A DNA stretch of 64,000 nucleotides from Camelus ferus. Its lineage: Eukaryota. The notes beneath the pieces were generated by a model that was not told the origin of the DNA, made no database searches, and saw only the letters and a list, made by a program, of their open reading frames with translations. The position numbers and the translations under genes are program-made. The stretch is taken from NCBI RefSeq assembly GCF_009834535.1, contig NC_045698.1:2978001-3042000 (forward strand). Reading direction: 5' to 3'. Shown here piece by piece: positions 53,680 to 64,000 of this stretch; position 1 is the stretch's first letter; the number at the start of each line of letters is the position of its first letter.

Positions 53680-53935
53680 GCCTCACTTAATTCTTGCTAC
53701 CCGTCTGGTGTTGTAACGCCCTATTACAGATGAGAATGCTGAGGACAGGCGTGGGGAGACGATCAGCTCACAGCCGCACTGAGGAGTCGGTGGTTAAGAT
53801 TTGGCCATAGGAAGTGTGACGTCTGAGTTCAGACTCTGGCTTCACACCTTGATAGCTGTGTGGCCCTGGGCAAACTGTTCAACCTCTCTGTTTTAGTTTC
53901 CTCATGCAGCAGAGGTCTGCGGTGAGAATTAAACA
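53680..53935. mobile_element. Two MIR fragments in opposite orientation
   Basis: ctattacagatgagaatgctgagg and gctgtgtggccctgggcaaactgttcaacctctctgttttagtttcctcat are MIR core motifs. Confidence 0.75.
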
Positions 53936-56900
53936 AGTTCATCTTTGTTTAGAGCGATCTGGGTTGATCTGGCATATAAGACAGTTCTCTGGAATCTTTG
54001 TGAGTTTCTACATTTAAAAAAACACTTAAACTCCAAGACTTCACCGCTGGTTCGCGTAGTAGAAATAACTTTCCTTCCCTCTAACTTTCCTTTCTCCTCC
54101 TGCCTCTTCTTCCTCTCTTTTTTACGAATTGGCAAAGAGCATAATTATTCACCTCCTACTGCAGTGGAATTGAGTCACAAATACGATCCTTACTTTCACT
54201 AACTCCCACTTAATTCATTACTAATCTGCCTTTTAAGAACTGCGTCAAAAACCCCACAAAACCTTAAGTTATAAACGGTCCCCAAATGTGTCATTTCACT
54301 CTACTTTACATCTTTTGAAACCTTTTGTCACACAGGGATTCAGTAAAGTGGTAGAATTTTCTAAATGGCAGCCATTCTGGACTTGGACAGTAGATTTTTA
54401 AAAATGAATCCGTCTCTGATATACTCATGTTACTTTTAAAAATGGCTGAAATGCCTGTAAATGTAGATTTAAAAGAAGATAGATTTTTGCAAAGAAAATC
54501 TGATTCACCTAGTGTTAAGTAGAAGCAAACAAGCCAATAAAAGCATTTGTTTTGAAAAACATTCAGAATCCGTTTGTGCCACAGAGGCAGTTCAAAAGAT
54601 GCAAGAGTTACCGTGTGTCCGGTGGGGCTTGTCACGCTGAGTCCTCAGGGCGCATGCGCACCTGCTGCAGGGGTCCTCTCCGCGAGGCTCAGCCAGTCTA
54701 GGACGGGGCCATGCGTAGGGGAGACCTGTGCCTTGGTTTCTCAATGCATTCCTTGCAACAACACAGAGGTTTTCAGGAATCCCTAAGAAATCTTATATTT
54801 ACAACAAGAAGACAGTGAACCTTTTGTAATTCTCATAAATAATATACACTTGTGTATAATTCTAGGAAGACATAAATGTTCAAAATCAAACTATTAGAAG
54901 CATTATCATTCTGCATCCATTTACCTAGGAATCGTTGGTTTAAGCAAAATATTTTATGTAAAGTATATAATGTTACCAGTTGAATGTAACAGTTGTAAAT
55001 GTAATCTGATGCTATCAGTGAGAAATGGTCTCTAATAGTTATTTTAAAACTTGGGAGATCTAATTTTTTCCCTCCGTTCCTGATACTGGTAACATATGAG
55101 GTGATCTCAGTGTCACACATTGAAGCTGACAAATTAATTCGGACAGCTTCAATAGGGGATGGAGTTGCCTGTTAATAAAAATGCTTAATTTCAGTAATAA
55201 TTATTAATTTAATGCTATATGGAAATCATCTGCAATAATGCTATGAAGACCACTTGATTTTGTCATTAATGACTATTGTATAGATACGATTCTAATGAAA
55301 AAGGATAACTTAATTGTTAAAACACAAATCAAGAAAGTAAAGTCTGAAGAGACGAGAGAAGTCTAATTAACATCAGTGTTCTCAACATAACGTAAGATTA
55401 AAGGAACGGAGTATGTTAAAGAATACACAGTGCATGTGTGACGGCACAGGTCGAGAATTTGACAGTACACGCCACAACATTATTTACTCAAAAACGTTGA
55501 TTCTCTATTTGTGTATTTAAAATATATGTAGGCACCTGCTTTTTATAAATAGTCTAAAAACTGTTTAAGAAACCCATAGTAAATTATCTATTACCTAAAT
55601 GGATGCTGAGAAACTTTTTTTCTGTATCAGCAAATATCAGATTATAGTCCACTTAGTAATTTCTATTAATTTTATATTAATTTGAACACTTTACCTCTAT
55701 AAAACTGGTCATCACTCCTGTTCAGAATGTTTGATTTAACATATGGAAATGTTATAAATCATAAAATATACATTTTTATGTCAGTTCTCTTTAGTGTTCA
55801 ATTTTAGAACTGCATAAGAAATTTAAATAAAACCCAAAGAATTCCTAATCACCGTGTTCCATCAGATACTGACTTGGGTCTCAGAATCCGACGAGCGAGC
55901 CATTGGAATAAAGTCACTGCCAAAAATACCGGTAGAAAGTACGAAATAGAGATGAACTTGTAAAGACCCTTGTATTACCCCAAAATATTACAGAGCTCCT
56001 TCCAATATTTTTTCTTAACTAGCCCAGCAACTGGAGATACACTAAGACCTAGTCTGGTTATTGGATAACTTTGCATTTAAAGGTTATTTGAATAACCGCT
56101 TAATTAAAAAGCACAAATCAGACCCCCATAAAAAGCACAAGTGGAGAAGGGCTCAGCTAATTTGAGCCTCTTTCTGATTGGTTCCCAAGTCCTGGAGTAC
56201 ATAGATTGCATTTTAAGAAGTGTCATTATGCCAGCTCAGGGTGGTGGCATGGTCACAGAGGGAGCTGCATTCCCAGACAGGCTCCCGGGACCTGTGCTTG
56301 GAACCGCAGTCAGCACGAGGGGTTACGGGGGCAAAGCGATGGCGTTGCTGCTGATTGCTGGGTTGAGATGGTAGCGAAATAAGCACAAATAGCGTTTTTC
56401 TCAGCCCTCTAAACAGGAGTGGGGTTTGGAGCAAAACTGGTAAGAATGAGATGGAGATGAAGAACATGTGTTTTTAACTCAAAAGGAGGAGCCTCTACCT
56501 TCCTGAAAGTGATGTGCTTGGAAAGAGACAGGTCATAATGAGCAGGGAAGAGGCGCCTGGCATTTGCATGACTCCCACCGACAGGGAGCCCTGCCATGAG
56601 CGGGTGTGATTAGCTCTCTCTGTGCGGGGAACAAAGGCTTGTCATGCGGAAGAAAAGCCCCCAGCTAAGCAAGACCCCTGCCAGTTCCGCCTTCCATTCC
56701 CCCTCACTGCCTTGGAGAGAGGAAGTGGAAGAAAACAGGTGTGGAGTGGATTTTCCTAATATCAGGAATGGGAGGATCTCGGTCTGTTAATGTCATTACT
56801 GAGAATAATTACGTGGTTTGGAGGCCAGAGAACAACGCCACGTTTGTTGGACTGAGTACCTGCAGCAAAAGGATGATGAGGATGGAGCGTGATGCCACGG

Positions 56901-59829
56901 ACTCTGTTGCCCTGGTCCTGCTAATTTCTTCAAGAAAGGCTCTGTGTTGGGTGTTTCCTGGACCCCATCACAGCAGGGAGATGGTCCGCCAGCCATCGCC
57001 GCGCGAGCCTCCCCTTCAGTGCTGCAGATTCCAGACCAGGAGACACGCTTGTAGCTCAGAAGTTATGCTTTTCAAAACGGAATTTAGTTTGCTTGCTCCA
57101 TTAACTTTAAATAATGACAAAAGTATGCTTCTTTAAGAATTCTGATTTCTGTCCTGTGTATGTGTTCACTCTCTCCCCAAATGCGTCTTAATTCTTCGAT
57201 CCCTCAGGGTGAAGGTCTCATATTCCCAGAGTATGTAGCTATCACTGCAAGGGTTGAATACTTAGATTTCTCATTTCAGTAGATTTCATCAGGAACAGTT
57301 TATTTTGAGAGATTAGACAAAAAAAAGGTTGTTAGGCAGAGTCTAAAGACAGCCATAGAAGTCAAGCACTTGGATCATGCTTTTCCCATCACTTTCAATG
57401 GCTTGGATAATTTTGGCAACCAGACGATATGTTTGTATTACGGTCTAGATTCACTGCCCACCTCCAAGCAGTGGGCAACCGATCAAATCCTAAATGGAGA
57501 TGTGTCTCCTGAACGTTTAACTGTCATAAATGAGAAGTGACACAGAAAAGGCTGTGAGGGCTTGGAAAAACGTGTATGTTATTTTCAGGCCCCTCACATA
57601 TTAATGCTCAGTCCTTATTGTCTTAACTTTTAAATTTTCATAATCATGAAATGGGGAATTCCTACTAATTTCCATCCCACTATTCTCATATCGTTTTTAA
57701 AACATAGACTATTTTGCAAGAAATAAAATGTATTATCACAACAATCAATGTTATTTATATTAGTGACAGAATTTAGTCATTAAATTATTTATAGTAGTGA
57801 CAGAATTCTTATATTTTGGCCAACACACTACCTCTCTTTTCTATGCATGGATAAATTTCTTTGGCAGTACCCCTAGGTGGCAGGGTAATATTATGATACT
57901 TTAGTTCTAAAGACACTCAGTATTCTAACCTTAAGAAAAGGGAGACAAAAATCAAAAACAAATTTCTTGAATCCTTAATCTTGAGCTTGGACATCTTCCA
58001 AAACAGAAAGAAGATTTTAAAAAACGGTTTGATAGCTTATAAGCATATTTCATCCCAAATGTAGAACTACACAATGCATTTGAGTACCCCAAGAATTACA
58101 TTAGTAAGTTTTTCTTTTATAGTGGGTAAGTGGAGAGAGCAGAGAGTTCTCAGACCCTGTTTCTTCAGGCAGACAAGAGCTCATTCATTAGAGTATCACT
58201 TTTTTTCCAAAATAGCCTATATAATTTGTGAAGACTGATTAAACAAAGCCCAACAAAACAAGATCAAAAGAATAACCAGCGTGCAGGGCATGGACCATAG
58301 TTAAACTCTTTTTAATTTAGCAAAAATAATAGAATTTTAGAACACACTGTGAAATACGTTTGGTGTAAGCTCTGAGGCATGAGAGCCCCCTGAAGCGCTG
58401 CTCATGTGAATTGGTACAGTCGTTTGGCACAGTAATTCGATGTTTGGACAAACAAGCTCCAACTATTTAGGGAATCTGACCTTATGCTTCCACTTTATAA
58501 ATTCACCCCAAGGAAGCTACATTAACTATAATAATAGCAACAGCAACCCCTGGGAGCTGTGATGCAGCTGCAAAATTACACAGAATTTGCTAATGAAAAT
58601 AAACATGTATTCACATACTAGAATAGTATGTAACCATCAAAATCAGGTTTACAAGTAATATTTAATTAATGGGAAATGATTATTATAACATTAAATGAAA
58701 AATTAAAATTCAAATCGCTACAATGTCGATTGTAATAAAATTGTAATAAAACATTTACAAAATAAAGTCTGGAATGAAATATACCAAAATATTTGCCGAA
58801 GTTTCTTCTAGGTAATAAATAGAATCATTATTTTCTCTTTGTTGTCTGTTTTTAATTTTCTTAATGAATTCACATTTATTATATAAAAATAAAACAATTT
58901 TAGTTCATGTATTTCTTTGACTACGTCAAAAAAAAACCACGTTTAGATAGATGATGAAAGATGCAAATATGTATGTGGGCGGCAGGGGTGAGAAAATCCT
59001 CTCACTTCTGGGACGAGATTCAAGCGGAAGCAGATCATTGAAACTTTCCAGGGCTTATTCGTCGATTTTTTTCAACCTAGATAGAATGACGGTCAACCAC
59101 GATAATCGTTAAGATTTTAAACTCAAATCTGGAGATTATCAGCGTCCTGTGATATAAATCCATGATGGACGTGTCAACCCATAAGGCTTGAATTCTTGTC
59201 CATGAAAATTAAAACTTCGTACTGAGGTGTTTTGCATGTGAACATATTATTCCCTGTCTTAACCTCATTAAGCTGCATGTTTCTGCTTAAACATATTCAT
59301 TTTAGTGACTAGTGATAAACAAGAAGCTTAAACATACATACGTTCGCAAACGTCACAGTATATGTTCCCCACAGTGACTGAAACTCACTGCTTTTACATG
59401 GTCATGTTTGTTCACCTCTTAAGAGCACAGTTACGCACTGCCTACGACGTGGAATATGATGCCACGTGTGGAAGACGTAACTGAAGGGAAGTCAGACAGG
59501 GCGCTGCCCTCAGGGAGCTCTTTCCGACAAGGCTGGTTGAAAGCTTTGATGTGAGTGCCTTAGAAACTCTGACAGGTGGGGCTGAGCCACACGCCCACGT
59601 GGGGACAGAGGAGGCCTGGGAAGAGAAGATGGTAGCCATGCTTAGGTGTGAGGGATAGGACAGAACTCACCCTGTAGAGTGGATGCAATGATGCTCCAAG
59701 CTGCAGAGGATGTGAACCTGACGTGGTTCCTTACCCACCAGAGGGAAAGTCCCCGCAGCGCTGGTCCCTCGCCGCCCTGTGAGGATGGCCATGCTGACCA
59801 TGCTCACAGGGTTACTTTGTGGATTACAT

Positions 59830-60660
59830 GGGGTAGCAGCAGGAAGACACGTGAACAGTGCTGGGCCCAGAAACAGGCAAGAGAGGAGAGCTACAACAGC
59901 AAAGGGGAGGAGGGAGAGGAGGAGTCAGCTGACGGCACGGAAGCCAAAGTCTGTGATTTACCCAGGGGCTGCAGGGAGTCACTGCAGCGCAGGAAGAGGA
60001 GGGGAAGGGGCCTGAGCTGTAATCGGGGTGACAGGTGATGGGGCCGATACCACCCGAGTGGCTGCCGGGTCGTGATGGAGACAAGCAGGAAGTGTAAGAA
60101 ATACACAGAAGGGGATGTCACCAGAGCTGTTGGGTGATTGAATGAGAGGGTGAGAGCGAGGAATCGGGGTCAGTCCTGAATCTCCGACCTGGACAGCTGC
60201 CTGGTGCCAAGCCTTAAACAAGGACGGTGCAGTGAGGCTCCGGGGGTGGAAGCTGGAGAAGGGGATGACTCTGGTTCTGGACCTGGGGTGCCTCAGCCAG
60301 CAGGTCAGGCAACCCTGGGGCAGGCCAAAAGTGTTGGCTGGATGGGGAGGGGGCTGGGATGGGGAGGGAGGTTCGTGAGGCACCATCCAAGAAAGGGCGT
60401 TGAAGCCACAGAGGTGGGCAAGGACACTCAGAAACAGCTTGTGAGCAGACAACAGGAGTGCCCTGGGCAGGGTGGGGGATGCAGACATTTGCAGGACGGC
60501 AGGAATGAGAGCCACTGGACCTGGGGTAGGGGCCAGATGTGTCAAAACTAAACTGGGGCACGTCAAGAGTCACAGCGAAGAAGGGAAGGCTGACAGTACC
60601 AAGTGCCACTGAGAGCCAGATGAGTCAAGTAGCGAGAAGAGGTCCCTGGATTATTCAAAG
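59830..60660 (-). mobile_element. GC-rich degraded L2, with a MIR-like piece just upstream at ~59720-59870
   Basis: Purine-rich antisense L2-like motifs (ttgggtgattgaatgagaggg, gttgaagccacagaggtgg, aagtgccactgagagccagatgag). Confidence 0.55.
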
Positions 60661-62199
60661 GGAGTTCGTCATGGAACAGCTCGCCAGACTGGCGGAGGCT
60701 GAGAAGTGGATAAGATAAAGACATTTGGAATCTCTACGTCTACACCTCTGCTTGCATGTGTCTACACCAACCTGTGTGTGTCTGATCTGTAGTGACATCG
60801 CCTGTGCCCACGTCAGCGTCTGGTTCTGCATCTGCATCCAGCCCGTGTCCCCGTCCACACCCCCCTCCAGAACTGCAGGTGGACTGCTGACTGGTTCCCT
60901 CGCGGCGGATAAATGCTTCAGTCTGGACGCAGAGACAACACCATCATTGGTATTATTAATACTCGTGTTTCTCCTTGGTTGTTTATTCTGTTTTTTTCTT
61001 TTTCTCTGTTTCCATCTTACAGTCAAATTCGTCCTCTGAGCCAGAGAACAGGGTTCACATTCTGAATATTGCAAATCAGCCTCATTCCAGACTCCACCCT
61101 CATTCCCTATCTTTATTCTCAGCCTACCTACAGTTTCTCAATTATCTGAAATTTATTTTAACAAGCAAACAGCGTGTGCTTTTAAACCACACTCAGTGTG
61201 ATTCATTGAATGCACTGCTAATACTAGCTGATGTCATCAGCCCCGAATGTGTGTTAGGTGGGACACACTAAAAGCGGTGCATCTCTCTCTCAGGTACAGT
61301 TCTTGGCAGGTGACCCTACCAGGCAGCAGCCTGTGTTCCAAGCAGCGACCCCCACACCTTCATCACATATGTCCGTCCGGGCTTGTTGGTCTCTCCTGAC
61401 GGCGGATAGAGGAGAAGGAATACAAATGCAGGGTGAGATGCCCCATGTGGGGCCCTGGGTCCCGTGCCCGGCATGCCCCAGGCTCCACTGCATAAGCGTG
61501 AGGCCTCCATCACAGAACAGTCTCAAGTCCTCCTTCGTGGGTGGCAGACGTGGCAGCACCCCAGTCATAAAGCCACTGTTTCACAGGAGAATCAGAGTGA
61601 TAAGGCAGTACAGAGTCCCAGCTAAGTACACCAGGAATCTTTCCTTATGAAAGTAAAGACTGAGCAATGATACAATCAAGTGACACAGTGATGAAGCCAA
61701 GAGTCCACGGAGTGGGGGGCTGTCAGAGGAGGAGGGCAGCTCTTGAAGTGGGAAAAACTACTTTCCCCAAATGAAAGAAAACACCCCTGTGACCAGCGGG
61801 CAGCTGGTGAGTGAAACTCCATTCTCCTCAAGAGGTTTTCAGGATTTCAAGCCCTCAAGGTCAGAAAATGTGGCAACTCACGGCGTTAATTCGTAAGTGT
61901 TGCGTTAAAGTGGAGTATCCTCAAAGGGGAGGCCTTCATTTGACGTCACAACTTACTGTTCTGGGAGGTACACAGAGGCTCTTGCCTGGGCAGCATGCCT
62001 GAACCTAGACTTCGTTTCTCCACCAGTTGCAAATTCAACATTTACGTACCCTGCTTATTGTGTTGCATCTTGCTAAAACAGAATCTGAAAGTTATGTGCG
62101 CAAACATATGATGTATATATTGAAGAACACCTGCTTCTTGCATGGGGAGCTTACATGTCACAAAGCAGCACGCCTTCCCAGTCTCACTCATACACGGAA

Positions 62200-63130
62200 T
62201 GACGTCTTAATAGTGTGCCACTGGCATTTTAAAAAACACATCAAACATTATTCTAAAGCTTATCAAAAAAAAAAGAAGCATACAAAAATGGGCATGAGCA
62301 TTAAAAAAAGGAAAGTAGAAAGAGTATGACATGACTTTCTGGATACTAAAATACATTTTTAAAGCTAAATAATTAAAATGTTAGGATCCAGAATAGTCGC
62401 AGCAATAGATGGCGAGATTAGAGGAATTGAATGAGAATCTAAAAACAGACCCAATTTGTACACAGATCTAATATTTGACAGAAATGGCCTTTCAGCTCTG
62501 GGGAAAATGTGAACTTTCAATAAATGATGTTCATTCAACTGACAAATATTTTTAAAAAAATTAATGTAGAAACCTCCTCATTCCTTAAGTGGAAAAAAGT
62601 TCCAAGTGAAAACACAGAAATTTTGTATTTTATGTTCTACATTAAAAACAAAAAGAACAAAAATTATATATCAGGTGCATATTATAGCTCAGTCAATATG
62701 TGTTAAAATAATTCAAACATACGCTCTTAGAGTAATGGTAGATAATCTAGTAAAGACCAAGAATTATACCCTCCTTCAAACATAAAAAATATGGGGAAAT
62801 ACATAATACTTATGTACGGGAGAAATAACTAAAGCAAAGTTAAAAGAGAAGCGGGGAACTGAAAAGCAACAAACAACAAAGATTCACCAACCAGTTTCTA
62901 AAATGTTCTTACTGATTTTAACAGAAAACTCACATGTCAATACCAGCAAAAGGAAACGGGGAAAGAACAGCAGACAGTGATTCACAAGGGAAAAAACAGA
63001 CATGTAAGTGGACAAAGCATTTGTGGAAAGACATTTCATCCTAGAGGTAACCATAAAAATGCAAATGAAAATAAAGAGAGATGTTTTGGGTTTATGTTAG
63101 CAAAGGTTAAAAATGGTAGAAAAAAAAGAA
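62200..63130 (+). mobile_element. Old L1 ORF2 remnant
   Basis: taaaatacatttttaaagct, gaatctaaaaacagaccca, aaaatgcaaatgaaaataa. Confidence 0.7.
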
Positions 63131-63132
63131 AA

Positions 63133-64000
63133 GTTTGTTTAAGTCTTCTGCCCATTTTTTGACTGAGTTATTTGTGTTTTTATTATTTGAAAATGAGCAG
63201 AAGACTTAAACAAACATTTCTCCGATGAAGACATACAAATAGACATACGAAAAAAAAAATGACCAATTCCACTAATTATCAGATAAATGAAAATCAAAAC
63301 TATAATGAGGTATCACCTCACACCAGTCAGAATGACCATCATTAAAAAATCCACAAATGACAAATGCTGGAGAGGGTGTGGAGAAAAGGGGAACCCTCCT
63401 ACACTGCTGGCGGGAATGCAGTTTGCTGCAGCCATTATGGAAACAGTACAGAGATTCCTCAAGAAACTAAAAATAGACTTACTATATGATCAAGCAACCT
63501 CTCTCTCCTGGGCATGAATCTGGAGGGAAATCTAATTCAAAAAGACACCTGCACCCCAATGTTCATAGCAGCACCATTTACAATAGCCAAGACATGGAAG
63601 CAACCTAAATGTCCATCAGCAGGTGACTGAATAAAGGATATGTGGTGTATGTATGTGTGTGTGTATATACACACATACACACGCATATGCATAAAATGGA
63701 CTATTACTCAGCCATAAAAAAAGAATAAAATAATGCCATTTGCAGCAACATGGATGGACTTAAAGATCATCCATCTAAGGGAAGTAAGCCAGAAAGAGAA
63801 AGAAAAACACCATATGATTTCACTTATATGTAGAATCTAAAAAAAAAGACACAAACAAACTTATTTACAAAACAGAGACAGACTCACAGACATAGAAAAC
63901 AACTTATGGTTACCAGGGAGGAAAGGGGATTGGGAGAAATAAATTGGGAGTTTGGGATGTGCAGATGTTAACCACCATATAGAAAACAGATAAACAACAA
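63133..64000 (+). mobile_element. Young L1 3' portion with a 5' inversion; runs off the window end
   Basis: ORF 63287 MKIKTIMRYHLTPVRMTIIKKSTNDKCWRGCGEKG is L1 ORF2. Bases 63133-~63188 are the reverse complement of L1 sequence upstream of and overlapping the forward part. Confidence 0.95.

Noticed and set aside
59679..61074. Overlapping ORFs up to 195 aa on both strands
   Set aside because: They lie in GC-rich decayed L2/MIR and degenerate hexamer repeat, with no splice or homology support.
1..64000. CRISPR arrays, rRNA, operons, or intact retroviral or transposase ORFs
   Set aside because: I saw no regularly spaced repeats with spacers and no long intact ORFs; the sequence is mammalian intronic and intergenic DNA.

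Overview
This is mammalian genomic DNA, most likely from a camelid (inferred from tRNA-derived SINEs resembling the camelid Vic-1 family). It is rich in L1, L2, MIR and MaLR-LTR remnants, and most entries in the six-frame ORF track are chance or repeat-derived. The left part (~0.4-18.7 kb, + strand) holds a chain of ten GT-AG-bounded candidate exons whose phases join into about 350 codons of a protein I do not recognise. Two of these exons are disrupted: one by in-frame stops, one by a 129-bp SINE insertion with a target-site duplication. This suggests a lineage-specific unitary pseudogene. The right part has a CpG-island promoter with a non-coding first exon (+ strand, donor after 48239), a second CpG-rich patch, a candidate antisense spliced transcript, and a young L1 with a twin-priming 5' inversion at the window end. 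No gene symbol can be assigned from the sequence alone. There are no prokaryotic features such as CRISPR or rRNA. Repeat family calls come from recalled consensus resemblance, not from a search.
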